Of a DNA stretch of 64,000 nucleotides, positions 37,053-51,600 are shown piece after piece. The position numbers were made by a program, and so were the translations under genes. The notes beneath the pieces were generated by a model. The model searched no databases, was not told the origin of the DNA, and was given only the letters and a program-made list of their open reading frames with translations. Source of the stretch: Botryllus schlosseri (Eukaryota); NCBI GenBank assembly GCA_051294905.1, contig CM119373.1:34162001-34226000 (forward strand), given 5' to 3'. Each line of letters begins with the position of its first letter. The stretch's first letter is position 1.

Positions 37053-39025
37053 AAGTGACATATTACTTTTATCATTGGTCGATACCCTGCCATACCATAC
37101 CTGGAATTGGTATTAATAGGCCAAACATGCGCTGCAGAGCTGGTTTATATTGCTAATATTACAATTCTTAACGGGATTACTATTAAAGATCTATTTCTGG
37201 TCGTGCGAAACCTGCTTCAAGTGCTCTCTGACGTGACTAAGTGTATCAATGTCACCGTTAGATATCACCGGATATGCTTATCAATGATTGTATTTACGAT
37301 GGTGGTTTCTAAAGATACGTAACCGATGCGTGATGCATGTTTCTGTATACACGCCTAGATTTGAATTGCGAATTAGAAGAGGTTTATTATGACGAAACCC
37401 ACTTAAATTCTTTCTTCCGGTTGGATCACGGCGATTAAGGTATTTCCGAGAATGATTTTCGCCGTGGTCGCTGCGTAAACGCATTGTACGCACTTGAAAA
37501 ATTGGTATTTACGCCAAGCTTCATTTCCAGTCCCGTGATTTCAACTATAGCGTGCAGTTCCTCCAGTAGTTTCACGTGAGCAATTTGCAAGAAAGCTAAT
37601 GCTGGGTTAGCTAATTATAGGGCTGAGTAAAATCGAGTGAGTGATCCGATTCGGAATCATTTTGCATTTCATCGACTTTTAAATTACTTCGCTTTAATCC
37701 ACGAAATCGGCTTCTGACACAGATCTATTTACATCAAGAAAAGTGCGACGCCTTCTTGAGCGCGAAGAAATGTGACAGCAAACGAAATCAATTATTGAAA
37801 ATACATGTCCCGATTCTAGATAGATGGACAGTGGACATATACAAACCTGCGTACAGGCGAAGAAAAATAGATCCCTGGTTCAGCAATTGGTCGACTTCCA
37901 GACTCCATACCGTCCGGGGATTGTTTGATTTACTATTATGACCTTCCGACAACAGTCATCGTGAGTAGTGTGACAAATTGGACTCCGGGTGACGATGGAA
38001 ATAAGTTCGCTAATTGCATCTTAGTAAATTTACCGTAAAATATTAACATTCGGGTTAAATTAGATGAAGCCAATGTTTAAGTTGTTAATAACGCGTTTCC
38101 AAAATTCATTATTATCCGTCGATTTCATTACTGCGGATATTAGCCTCTCGCGATAAGACACGACATGGAATAGTTAACACGTCTGTTGATATGCAAGGTT
38201 ATTTTCAAATCTCTACTAGTTGCTGACGATTAACCCAAACGATTGTCAGCCGAAGTTCATTTAAATGTGAATATACTATTCAAATGTATACTAAAGTTCT
38301 CTACGTTCAAGAGTCTCCTCGAATAGGCAAATCAATGTACATACGACTTATAATTTATGCGTAGCTCACATTCCAAATGAATTCCAGGACAATCCCACGG
38401 AAATTGTGAATAATGGCAGCTATTGACACGCTGTTGGGTTGAAAAAGCGCGCCGAATATATTCCGAGGGATATTATTTCTGTGCGGCGCAACTCGGTGCC
38501 GGTTACGGGGGTAATTATAGGCGAAGGTGTGTACCATTCCCGCGAAGAGAAATGCTATTTCAAAGGTTGAAGTCCGGAAGTGGTGGTTTATTCTCTGGGA
38601 TAATTGCGAGCAGCAAAGTGCTGTCTGGTGTAGATATGAATATATCACCGCCTACTAGGCTTCAAAACGGAAAGTGTGTGGCTTCTCTATGCAAAATGAT
38701 GTGCTTGCAGTGAGATTTGACTGATCTAACGGCCATTACCACTTACCATAGTACACCATACAGATTAAAATTTACAACTTGCCGATGAAATCGTTATTAT
38801 ACCAGATGTGGTCAACGTAGTTACAACTCTCGATTTAGAAGACACTATTTTGAGTGAAAGTAGAAAATGGATGTCTGAAAACTACTCAAATACTGTTAAA
38901 AATTGGTGTGGTCGAGGGGCCTCATATTTTAGCAGTCAATCGAAGGCGTCTACTTCCAATTTCAAGGCGCATCTTAGCGGCCATGATGGAACATAAATGT
39001 GGAATAGTATTTCACCGGCTACCCG

Positions 39026-39279
39026 GTGGCGAGATAGCGTAGTGGTATAATCCACAGCTGCAACACCGATGGGTTGTGGGTTCGAGTCCGACCTTAGTGT
39101 GGTAGGTTTAAATAGGCTCCTTCTCGCCATCTCACCCGTGTAAACGGTGTCTTATAAAAGCCTACAACTGGACCGTGCTATATAAGTCGGCAGCCACGTC
39201 ATAAAAATGAAGCAAATATCCCCGGTGTAAATGACCATAGTAGTCGACAAACACCATGAATTCCACGAAAACACAACAA
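39026..39279 (+). mobile_element. SINE family A
   Basis: A/B boxes intact; TSD ACCGGCTACCCG/ACCGCCTACCCG (11/12). Confidence 0.85.
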
Positions 39280-41844
39280 ACCGCCTACCCGACAGTCGCC
39301 GGGCATCGATTGTCCATATTCAAGTCAAAATACAAGCAGATTCTACTGAATGAATACTAAATAGTCTGCGCTCAAGATTGTCAGACCACGATCTATTTCG
39401 CTTACCGACACATGTCACTTTATATTCATCGCTTGTCCTCTTTATGTTATCTTTTATCACTGCTCATCCAGTGCTTGATTAAAAGACTATACTTCAAGTC
39501 GGTTCGACTCCTTACTATCTTTTCATTTTATCGCTACTTGTGGTGTTATGAAAAGACGAAATTATTAATAAACCAACGCGAGTGAGTCACTTGGTAGCTG
39601 CACGATGACCGTCGATGAACAATGAACATGGATTATGCACCCAAACATTTTTCGCCGAAAATCTTTATATTACACACCCTGTCTTTCGAAACAGGCTTCA
39701 GTTATAATCCCACAATCGGTAAACATCAAAGCATTGTGTTACATTATTTCCCGTCGGTGCTACCGTGTTTAAAGCTACTTAACTGTAATTCCATTGCTAA
39801 TCCTTACCGTAATACTTTCGCAGTACTTGTGGTTAGGCGATATACAAGCAAAAACTAATCCGGTCAATGCGCAATAGAAAACTACCTCAGGCGCTGGATG
39901 CATTTTTAATCCCGCAAGTTAGTCTATAACGCACACAACTGTTCCGAAGATGTGATTAGTAATTTCAAACCGCGCTATGTTAATTTGTTTATTATATACC
40001 CCCGACATTAGGCATTTAAGCACAATCTGTACGTGGTTTTTAGCAGAACTGTCTACTACAACTGGAAATTAGCGGTCCACAAGGCGACACCGACGTTATT
40101 TTTCCGCGCAGAGTAAATACTAATTCACGAACACCGCCAGTATCGCGAACAATGCAATCGAAAATTCTCATTATCATGTAACAAGTAGGTTTACAATCAC
40201 GACTATCCGTCTTGCAAGCCAAATGCTACACCACACTCTATGATTATCCTGAGGAAACAGAGTTCTAAAGGACGTTATTACGTAATGGCAGTGTATCAGT
40301 TGAGAGAGAAATTCCGACCTCTAGTACGCGCGGTTGCGAGATGCCATGATTACAGGTTACCATGGCGGCCCTTGTGATTTGGTGCTGTTGTCGACTGACT
40401 AATTAGAAATACTAAGTCTCGCCCAAGTGGATGATAGTGAGGCGAAGCAATCAGTGCGCTGGAATTTTTCTAGTTATACGTCAATTAAACCATTGAAACT
40501 TGTATACCTTGTATGAGTCGCCGCTGGGAATCGGAACACGCGTATGACTAGCAGTGTTTCGCATTGGGTAACAGGTTATTATATTTGACAGTCATTTATG
40601 AAGTGGTGAAAATAAAAAAATCCCATTTTAATTGAATAACACATTCATATGATATACAAAGTTCTTTTTAAATCTCTACTAGTGACTGAGAATAACCTTT
40701 GTCGAGTGTCAGTCGAATATACTCGGGTCTATTTCAACATGAATATATTATTCAATTTTGAATTGAAGTTCTGTACCTCTACGAGTGTGTTCCAAAATCC
40801 TTGTGAATTAAATTATTCCTTTTGCGTTTCCGAAACATTTTCCTCTATTCCGTTGCTTTCAATTTACCCTTTTTTAACATGTAATAGTCTTTTTCATGAT
40901 ATGTAACGGCATAGTTGACATCATAAATAAATAAAATGTCCCGTGGCTAAAGCAGCCTGCGTAGCTACTGGAAGTATAATTAAGGGACGTGAATTTAAGC
41001 TCAATTGCAAGTAAAAGTATAGCAATTTTCTAGATGTGACAAAACTATTTCAACTAGAAGTAGAAATTTAAGATATGAAAAGTATTAAAGTATACAGTTT
41101 TAAAAATTAGATTTTGTCGGTGGGTCTCATACTTTTAGGAAATAATCGGCGGTGACCACTTTCGAAAGTACAAGGTGCATCTTGGAGACTATAACGAAAA
41201 ATGACCAATGACACTACAGAAGAGTGAAATTTTCGAAAATATACCCTGTCGCGATACGTTTTTTCCCAAACTAATTTCTGCCTTACAAAGTACAAAGCCA
41301 ATAAAACCTTCAAGTACACTTAGAAGTAGTCTGAAAGCCCAATCTCTTGAATATATATTCAAAAGAACTATAGAAGTACTTTGCTACTGGCCATTTCGGG
41401 ACCCGATACCCACCTGAACCAACCTTTGCGGCCAACGGGCCACATGAGATTTACGAATCATTGAACGGGCCCCTTGAATGTTGATGATTTTTTTTAGTCG
41501 TCCGATTGGAGCGAACCGGATTAGGTAACAGAGAAAACAAGACTTATATTATGACGCTTCAAAATCGATAACAGTTATGTCATGAAAACTCAGTGTGCAC
41601 TGTGCAGTGATGTTACTTGCATACATTGCTGGCCGCCTCTGTATACTGCTGGGCTCATTTGGCAAGGACAGGATTATTCGGCGCTTGGGCATATCAATAT
41701 CGAAGATTTCTGTGAACATGCGTCTATCAGTTCGTGAAAAGGTTTCATCACCGACGATCTTTCTTGGACGAAACGTTCTCTCAAAATTGCGAGTATAGTT
41801 CGACTCAATTCTGTGAATTAGTGGGTATTTTTAATTTCTGGAGG

Positions 41845-41885
41845 GGTCACCCGGGGCCTACGATATTCGTAGGCCCCGGGTCACC
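41845..41885. repeat. GC-rich hairpin
   Basis: CCCGGGGCCTACGA-TAT-TCGTAGGCCCCGGG, 14-bp perfect stem, extends to 19 bp with one mismatch. Confidence 0.9.
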
Positions 41886-42648
41886 ATACTAAAATTAAAA
41901 ATTTGAGTGACAATAAATGGCGCGAAGTGCTAAGAAAAATATCAAGTCAAATCAATCTGTCACGAAATATTCTACTCCGTGGTCATATACAAAGATTTAC
42001 GAAAAATGTGACTGGCCCCTGGCTACGCAAACGCATCGGATCTGATATTTTAGTCATCAACACCCCCAATTTCGCCGTCAGGCTAATCAAACTTTGGTTG
42101 GCCTTGGAAGTTCGCAATAAATTACCCGGGCGGGCCACTACGAACCTTCTCACGATTCACATTTGGCCCGCGGTCTACTGGGGTACTGCCTTGCCCCTGC
42201 GTTAGACAAAAGAAAATGTTTTTCAATTGTCAGGGGCGATGCTTCTTCGAAACGATCAATCGTATGTATTTACAACGTCTTATATTTAATCCAATCTCGT
42301 GAAAACTTTCAACAAACAAACCGCAAGCACGCGAAACGTGTGCTAAAGCGGATACAGCGGGGAATTCGCACTGATTTAGATGCCTAGCTCAACCGTGCAT
42401 TGGGTGTTTTGACCTCTGCCGGTATATTTATAATATTACGCAGCTCAATTTAATAGGGAAAATTTGCAAAACGTGCACAGTGCACACAAGTGTTGCACGA
42501 AAGATGAAACAGATGTATACTCGACTTGGAACTTCAGCATGCGAGTTATATATCGAAAAGACATTTATTTTTCGATGGCTCACTATAGTCTGATGTTCTT
42601 GTATCCACCCGATAAGCATGGTATATTGATACATTGATACATGTACGT

Positions 42649-42922
42649 TAGGGAAACCATCTGTCCTCTATTAGTATTTGTCCTTTTTAAATAATTGTAT
42701 AACGTCTTCTTTCTTCGCATGGCGTTCTATTTTTTGCTTCTAGTTTTAGAGGATCAGACAGCCAAGACAACCCGACACAAAACCTGGTCTTTTTGGAACT
42801 GCCGCGAAAGTTGACTAAAAAGGGCGACTCACCTAAAATCACAATTACCTGTATAAATTCTCCGCTTTATGTCTGTTATTGTACGTCGGAAAAAGTGTCC
42901 TCTTTTTCGAATGGTAACCCTA
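42649..42922. mobile_element. Blackjack-like hAT MITE (degenerate)
   Basis: TAGGGAAACCAT/ATGGTAACCCTA ends, GTCC/GGAC subterminal motifs; no TSD found. Confidence 0.6.
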
Positions 42923-45900
42923 TGTCATATCATATGCCATCTTAATGCAGTACCGACCGATGAACGTTTCGACATGGATGAAACGCAACCGTTGATATAG
43001 TTTAGAATTTATGATAAATTTATGGTAACAAAAAGGACATAGGTTCCTGCATTGAACTAAAATGTTGTCACTTATCATTATCGTTGCTGTATCCACTTTG
43101 ATTGACTTTATGGATACCATCCTGATTCTTGGTGGGTGAAACGCAAAGTGCCTCGAATAAAACAGAAATACTGCTGTTTCAAAATCGAGCTATATTTGAA
43201 AACAAAGTTCACGATATTTAGAAGACAAACCCCGGTTATCGGATATGTGCCGATTATAATCACCTTGCTATACATATACTCTCATAAATAAGGAACATTA
43301 TTTAAGCAAGTAAAGATGGAACGTATTTCTATGGACCGTAAAATGTCACCTAAATTCCCGAAAAATACCAGTTGAATTCAAATGAATCAATTATATAGAA
43401 TCGCAGTGAATAAATTTATTGAAAGCTCAACAGAACCTTCACGAATCAGCATGAAAGATCCCCTCGCGGCCTTTAAGACACGGGTGCCGACCCCAGCTCT
43501 GTAGCTTATTTCTGAACGCGATTCAGGCATTATAACCCTGATTTAACTCCAAAGGGACGAACTTGAACAAATCAACGGTCACCTATTCGCGCGTAGCGAT
43601 TAGGATCGAAAGCGTTGGCTAATTCCGGAAGTCGACCGTGTAAAATATACGTATCAAAACGATTAAACGTGATTAGATTTGAGAACGGAGATCAAATTTA
43701 AAAATTTATTTCCGAATTCGGAATATGCAATTCCCAAAAGAAAAAGAAAAATGACAGCGTATTTATCCTCACGCTCGGGAATACTCGTTAATTATTCATC
43801 CGTGGAAGATAGAATGTAGACGCATTTTCCATCCGGAAATATTGCATGTTCGTCTCCGTTCATGAATAATGTATTTCAAAACTGGATACTCCGAATTTCG
43901 TACAAGTCGTTCGATTTTCGCGATTCCGATCTTTGCAGGGGGATGGCTTCATCATATGGGCGGCGTTCATGGTAAATATTGTGAATTTCTGTTATACAAA
44001 ACGAGGGAGAAATATTCTTGGCGACGTTAATGGTATTTATTTGATTTGGTAGCTGATTCCACACAAATCATGGGCACGCTGTCTCTTCATTATTATTTCC
44101 CGAATTGAATCCTGTCAAATTTCGGGTACTATGAACCATGAGTACACCAAGTATAAAATTGTACTTGTTGGGAGCGGGGCATTGTCAGAAGTCGCTTTGG
44201 AGCGTTCGATGAACGCTTATGTCATACCGCAGATCCTGCTGTCACTTCCAGCAAGAGCAAGTTATGTAATATGTTCACATGAGAGTATCGAAACAATCAC
44301 ACATATACGTAAAAACGCAATTCGTGAAAAACCTGCGCTTGTGACAATACAGAGCTACGTAGATTAGGCGACATGTTCGATATACAAAGAAAACTGTCAT
44401 CATCATAGTCAGTTTGAATATGTTTGAATGTACCAATACTCTACACCCGCGGTTCCCATGCAACCGGTGGTGAATTCCGGGGTTTCTGGTAGGGAACAAA
44501 CGCACTTGTAAAATATATCAATTCATAATATCCATACGTAAGGAGGCATATCACCACGATTACAGATACCAGTTCACTGCTCTGGACTGCTCTGTATGCG
44601 TTGCCAATCATATGGCGCGTTGTTCACAAAAACTCAATTTGAATTCTGGATAACCAATATTGGGGTCACAAACACGTTTAACACGAGCATCATGTCGTGC
44701 AATAAAGCTTTCACAGAGTTTTTCGGGTTACCGATGCACAAGAAGTTTTATGTTGCAGTGAAAGGCGATTTTTTATGTTTACTTTCAGACGTCCCCGGCA
44801 TATTGGGTGCACTGAAATAAGCGAATGACTTATCCGCGACACACGGTATATCAGTCTGGTGAACTTTATCACTCTGGTTAACAAAAGATAACAGAAGATA
44901 CGATCATACTTAAATCGAACTCGGATGGACGTTTGTTCAGAAAAATTATGCGGAACTGCCACTATCGTTGGTTAAGAAACTAAACACATGTATACTTCGG
45001 CAGAACAATGTTATCCCGATATATGAGGCTTGCGTACCGCGCCAAACAACAACAACTTGTAGCACCAGCTTGTAAACGACAGCAGCTTGTAAACCAGCTC
45101 CCAGTACTTGTTCAATTGTTCATACCTGTTATCTGTCGACAGGAACACGACAGACGCCAAGCCTGAAACCAATACCTTTTCCCCGTTTGTTTGCCGTCGG
45201 AAATAGCGACTGTTTACAGATATAATACTGATCACGGGGCGACACGATGAAGGTGTCAGGTAAGGTTGTAATAACTCGAGTCGAAAATATTTGGTTACTC
45301 GACTTGACTCAAGTTATTTTCCTAAATATTCATAAGACTATAGGAAGGCCAAGTCAGGCATTTGTTGTTACTTCGAATAATAGTAAGCCACCAAAATATT
45401 GGTATTTCTTCTATCAGTACTGGTGTTTGTAAAATATGGCCAGAAACAGTGTAAAGTGAGTAAAATTACTATTTACGAATGTGAGGCATTCAATATCACC
45501 AAAAGAGAGTTGTGAAAGTGAGTTGAACAGACTTGAACTCGAAGGGAAACGGTGAACACAATGTCTTGAATTCGGACTCGAGTCAGTGCTGCATACACAA
45601 TAGCACACTGTCAAATTTCGCGCTTCAATCTAAATGGTTGTCACAAACATCTCGCTCACGAATTATTGTGATAACAGTAACGCGGCTTGGGGCGATTATG
45701 GGCTGAAAAACAGTTTGATTTAGAGGAGGAGAACGTACTATTCAATCTTTTAATCGCGAGAAGATAAAGTGTTCGGCTCATTTGGCAAATTGGATAGGAA
45801 ACTGCATTATTTAGGAATTCTTCGCGACTCACCTGTTGGGAAGCACTGGTCTATAATGACCCCCCCTGGCACCGAATAAAGTACCAGCGCCCCGTGACCC

Positions 45901-46103
45901 CCCACACCGCATCTAAATGATAAAGCGAACGTTGTTCTGCATACATTACAATTAACAATAATGCATATGAAACTGTTGCACATGTTATCATCCTCATCAT
46001 TATATTGGGTTTGATATTTCATGAGAACAATCTGAAATCTCCACGTCCGGCTATGTGAAGTAGGTTACTACTGTGAGTCAGAAGATTTGTCCAGGCACTG
46101 AAA

Positions 46104-46465
46104 TAGGGTTACCATATTTTGGAATCGGGAAGGGAAGACACTTTTTCAAAATTTTCAAACTTAAAATACCGGAGGAAAATCTTGAAGAAATGGTAAATTT
46201 TTCACACTTCGTGGTCAATTGACTAAAAAAAGGTCAACTTTCTCGCTCAATGTCCAAATTACAGTTTTTCTGTCACATTATCAGGTGGTTGACGGAGAGT
46301 TACTTCAGTGCTGATTTACTCTATATTAGTCGAATTTGCCCTACATTTCTCAAAAAAGCGGACAAAATCTCAAATAGGAGGACATTTAGGCGCCTTTGAA
46401 AGACATTTTCAAAAACCTGAAAAAGGAGGACAAATCCTTTTAAAGAAGGACGTATGGTAACCCTA
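46104..46465. mobile_element. Blackjack-like hAT MITE
   Basis: Perfect TIR TAGGGTTACCAT; perfect TSD CACTGAAA. Confidence 0.9.
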
Positions 46466-47374
46466 CACTGAAAGCACGTTTTAATAAATATAAGCCGGGC
46501 GGGGCAATGAGGAAGAATTTAACCCGACTCCAGGGAAAGTATCTCTGTATGATTCAATCGTGTATCCAGAACGATTGATAGTAAGGGATATTGAGCTTTG
46601 ATTTGAGCACACAAATTGTTCTGGAATGTAGACGGCTCTCAATCATTTCATGCTCGGAAATTTAACATAATGTACTGATTATGCAGTAACGAACTTCTGA
46701 TTGGAATACATCCTGAAATCAAATTACCATATATCTTTGTGCAGTTTTTCGAGATGATTGCTGTATGCTACTGCGTCAAAATTAGATAAGCCTATGCGAG
46801 CAGGACCGTTATCAATCTCATGCAAGCTTGAGAATTGGAAAGGTTCACGTCTTGGTAAATCTCTCTGATCTATCATGGGCTTATTACTTAATCCAGACAG
46901 GGTCATTTTCACCTCGATTTTCACCATTAACAAAAAAGGATAAATTAGACTGATAAAACTTGATGAATAGAATAGTCAATTAAAAGCGATATCTTTTATC
47001 GGGACCAGAACTATTGTGGGACTGGGTCGCATCAGTGTGAAAATTTCACGACCGTTTGACACAGAGAGTGAAATCGTGAAAGGCAGTTTTCCTTAAAGCT
47101 ACCCCACCTAACTGTGCATCAATAAGTGTTCAAATACATCGTATTTCTCACCACACAATATACCACGCTTTCTGGTGATTCTGCCGACTGCTGAATCAGT
47201 TCATTGATGAGCAGGATATACATTGTTAAGTAACAATCAAATGTTCCCGTACTGCCGCTTGAACAGACCGACGCCTGGATCGACCATAAATCGCCTGGAC
47301 ATAACCGATTTAGCAGTTTTACTGTATATTTTGCTGTTTTAAACAACAATCGTTCAACACCACGCATGCAGCAG

Positions 47375-47536
47375 TTGCCCTCTAAACCTCCACCGCCCCC
47401 ATGTGCTCTCAGCGCCCCCCCCTACCGCCCAATTTGTAGCCAGCACCCAATCCCAATCGCCCGCTTCGTGGCCAATGCCCCTTTCACGCTCGCCAACGCC
47501 CCCAGGGGGTGCTGGCGCCCACTTTGGGAGCCACTG
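47375..47536. mobile_element. Charlie-like MITE fragment
   Basis: Ends TTGGGAGCCACTG followed by ATCTAGAT (classic Charlie NTCTAGAN target); GC-rich body; left end unclear. Confidence 0.55.
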
Positions 47537-48411
47537 ATCTAGATGACGCCACATCCAATTCTGAACGATACATATTTTCCCCTTCGCTCCAATTCAATAA
47601 AAACCAATGGCGTTAAACAACTTCTGTAATTGTGACTCTTCATTGCAATTACCATTGCCTCGACAATCCATGCCAATTCTTCATTTACCGTGATTATGTT
47701 ATCTAATCGCATCAATCTTTGTGTATTGCATTGAAGTAATAATTTGGTATTACTAAAATTCTATAGCTTTCAGTTTTTGTATTTATTTATCCGATTATTA
47801 CGAATATAAACGGCAACAAAATGATTCTTCATAGGCCTATACCAAAGATTCTGAAATATAATTTTTTCATGTAATGCCGCAGAGGAATAACAGTTTGATT
47901 ATACTGAAATTTTACAAGCTTACTTTAATCTGTACAGTTTTATTTGGGGACAGGATTTTTTGTGGATTTACCAGTTTTACTGAGAATAAAAATCAATCAT
48001 GATATGGTAGATGCATGCATCGACCAGGCCTCACTATATTTAACCAGCCCGAACAGCATTACAGTATTGACATTCACATTTCAATCGTATGTATTGATTG
48101 CCTCGCTTGAGATTCGTCAATGCCGACGGCTACTTTACGCAAATAAGCTCCGGCAACCAGGGCTATGCAGTGCTGTTCCTCCTACTGGTGCAACCTGTAG
48201 GCGAAGTAAAACCATAGGTTATCCCGTAAATGTTACGAAATCAGGTGCACGATTTCCCAAGCATATTCCTAGGAAGATTGTAAGTTGAGTTGCATTTCCC
48301 GACTGGAAATGCTATCCTACAACGAGGCATCGCGAGTACGCGGCGTCCAACGGAAATGAAAATGTCGTTTACAAACCTTCTAGTCTTCCTGGCCTAATAC
48401 CTTGACATACC

Positions 48412-48421
48412 TATATATAAG
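48412..48421 (+). promoter_or_regulatory. TATA box of the C-type lectin-like gene
   Basis: TATATATAAG about 60 nt upstream of the ATG at 48482. Confidence 0.5.
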
Positions 48422-48481
48422 ACTTACAGATACATATCTTGGGATGAAGATATTAAGTTTCAAGACAACAAAAGCTGAAGT

Positions 48482-50954
48482 ATGTTACTGTTACTGGCTC
48501 TGGTTGTTGCGTTCCATTGTGCGGCTGCACAAGACTATGGCTGCTCCAATATCGGTGGCAGAGAGGGTACGTATTTCTTTGCAGTCATCTGAGTAGTGGT
48601 GACTTGTTGGTGGAATGTATCAGAAATCGTGGGGCTTTCACTTGCATACCTCTGTTACTGCATGTCGTGAATTCTATACAGTAATTTAACGTGTCGGCCA
48701 GTTGGAGATGGACATTTGATTACCTATAATTTCTGATTTCACGAATGCCATATTACGAGTGTACCTACGCCACAAGGAATGATCGGAATTTAACATTAGG
48801 GATGAAACAGAAGTTTTTTTGTAGTGGGAAATGGGTCAAAATGGCTCTTTGCGTTGTAAAAGTTGCCTAGTCCAGGTCTATATTCTATTTTAATTTGCAG
48901 GCCTCACATTTGTGGACGATAAATGCCCGCTTCAGTTGGTAATAAATGAGAAAAAGGAATGCTTCAAAATCATAAACGACGGGCGACGGCCAACAACTTA
49001 TGGCAAGTTATTTCTGCAATGCAAGACACAAGTTGGAGATGGAAGTGAGTCTATGTCATTCTAGGGACGTGCATTCAAAATGCACCATACCTTCTCAGAT
49101 GTAATATGAAGAGTCTTCATTGAAGACCACCGCACATCAGGCTTGTAAACATCAAGAGAATGGAATCATCCACACTATAATCGTAGCATTGTGAAGTTGT
49201 ACTGCATTGCAGTGTAATGTGTATGTGTAACACACGTACATATATGTCAGTGTCGCTACTCAAGTAGGGGTCAATATGAGTAGAAGTAGCAATTTTCAAG
49301 ACGTGTCATAACTACAAAATGAACGGTTTGAACAGTATTCACGTATGTAGTCTCAAAATGTAAATTTGGTTGATGGGTCGCATGCTTTAAGCAGTTAATC
49401 GGAATTGTCTATGCTTCGTAATTAGATCCCGTATCCTCACGACTATTGCTAAATGAATAATGACCCAACAGATAGTCTAAAATCTGTAAGCCTCAAAATC
49501 ATATACAGTTACCGTGATTCAAAGGCTATTTTTCGCGGTCGTTATGAAATGAAAGTACGTTGTTTATTATTGTCCTTGGTGTTTTTGGGGCATATACACC
49601 GACTCATGATATACATGCACGCGATCCATGCATATTGCATATGAATATCATGAGTGCGTGATTTGCATATGCCGCTGGACAAGGAAGGTGCATATATAGC
49701 CTTGTAAGGCTTTCCAAGCCTGGCACTACCCCTCCATGCTATGCCAGTAACGCATGAGCGCACAGCAGGGACGTCATGGATACCAGTGTTACTAAACAGG
49801 TCGAGTATCGACCCCACGACCTACCGATCAAGAAGTCGGACGCTTCACCATTACGCTATTTTGTCAGTTATGACGATTTCAATTACAAAAGTAACGAAAA
49901 CTCATCGCACAACTATACTTTATACTTTCAAAACACGCAGTATCACAGCAAGTCTGTGCCTACCAAACTATTTGTAGAAGTGGATGCATATGGCTTAAAA
50001 ACATAACCCCTTGAGCATGCAGTGCAAGTATGTAAAGCAAACTTGAGCACTCCGAAAAAGTATAGGTGCTTCACTACTAACCGGAAAAATATGCGATTCC
50101 CGAACACATTAAACGTGTTCTTTTCGTACAGATGCGCATCTGGCGACTATCACCGATCAAGAGACATTTGAAGCCGTGCGCTGCTACATCATCGGCAGCA
50201 CTACCGTGACGGAGGACCGCAATTCAGACATCTTGTTGGGAATGCGATATAACGTAAGTCAATATACTGCTAGCTTGATAGCGTCGAATAGAGAGAAAGC
50301 AAAATCATATCACATACAGCAACTATATAGCAACATAACACATTGACGAAACTTACGGTTGCTCCACCGGTGGTATTCAACTTTTTCAGTTTGTGGACCG
50401 GTGAAGTTTCAAAAATGAAAATAGAGCCAGAATGTGATTACGACAAAAGTACGCAACTCAAAAGACAAAGAATTTCAACGCTATTTTAATGAGAAATTTG
50501 CTGCTATCTTTTGATAGTACACCTGTTATTGGTGGCTCTCTGTATATAGTGCAAATTCCTGTCGCGACCATGTACTCGATTTTGGCTGTTGGATTTCTTT
50601 TGAGAGAGATGCGACATCCACTGTTTGCTAGATTCCATTATACTGTCAAATGTCGCTAATTTGTACAGCCTAATTTCGTCCAATAATGTCCAAACAATAT
50701 CCTTAGCTTTGGCGTATTGCTGGTCTTAAACGGGCTGTAGGCTATTAAACAGTTTCGTACAACACTTGCATCTATTCCAGGGCAGAACATCGAGAAATCA
50801 ATACTGGGGACCAAACCCGATGATATCCATCGGGTATGACAATGCTCCGTTGGTGATGAGAATCAGCGAAAAGCTTGGCAACAGCCAGATCAGCGTAGCT
50901 CATCCGAGAGATGCCTTCAGACGTGCTTTATGTCAATTTACCGATGAGAAGTAG
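48482..50954 (+). CDS. Secreted divergent C-type lectin-like domain protein, 4 exons, 174 aa (exons 48482-48566, 48901-49044, 50132-50253, 50781-50954)
   Basis: Manually spliced. All introns are GT..AG (G|GTACGT..TTTGCAG|, A|GTGAGT..CGTACAG|, C|GTAAGT..TTCCAG|) with compatible phases 1,1,0, total 525 nt. Product: MLLLLALVVAFHCAAA (signal peptide) QDYGCSNIGGREGLTFVDDKCPLQLVINEKKECFKIINDGRRPTTYGKLFLQCKTQVGDGNAHLATITDQETFEAVRCYIIGSTTVTEDRNSDILLGMRYNGRTSRNQYWGPNP...RRALCQFTDEK. CP-x11-CF, C-x7-AHLATI, LLGM (WIGL position) and terminal LCQ match the long-form CTLD layout. Confidence 0.82.
49545..49860 (-). mobile_element. SINE family B inside intron 2 of the lectin gene
   Basis: Reverse strand reads TAGCGTAATGGTGAAGCGTCCGACTTCTTGATCGGTAGGTCGTGGGGTCGATACTC, then the family-B body and a (TTTCA)n tail. 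Confidence 0.72.
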
Positions 50955-51600
50955 ACGGTTTCAGAGATACTCAAGCCGGGCGGATGAAGGTCGAATCCGA
51001 ATCCTCTGGACAGAAGGTTTTCATAATTTCGCGTCTGTGATTGCCGGCTCTGTTTGCGCGGCGTTAAAATGCTACTTGTCGAAATGTGATTTCGAGAAAT
51101 TGTGTGAATTTTTCTTTGTTGTGTTTTCATGCCACGAGACGTAACTGAATTGAAATACAAGTTTTCCATATAATCTACCGTCTCTACGTCTTTCATAAGG
51201 ATACATGGTACTTTGCAAGCAGGTGGCGTCATGTTAATTCGGTGTGAATACCCTGTAGACAGCACTGAGATATTCGGGCACAAATGAGTTAACGAGGTGT
51301 TAGTTGATTGCGCGGCTGCAAATAGTTGCCGCTATAGTCCCGTGCATTGATACGTACCATTCATATTACCAAAATGATAGTTGCGGGGAGTTATCAGTGG
51401 CCACGGATTTGCTTATTCGCAAAATCTGAGTTATCCTTCTAGTGCACTGCAGCCAGATATTTTCATTGAATTCGTCTGGTTTCAATAATTTTAATTTCTT
51501 GAACTATGCAACTATATGCATAATGAAATTAACTTTAAATCAGGGTACAGTCACCTATACCGCAATATACATCACCCATTCATTTAAGCTTTAACGGAGA

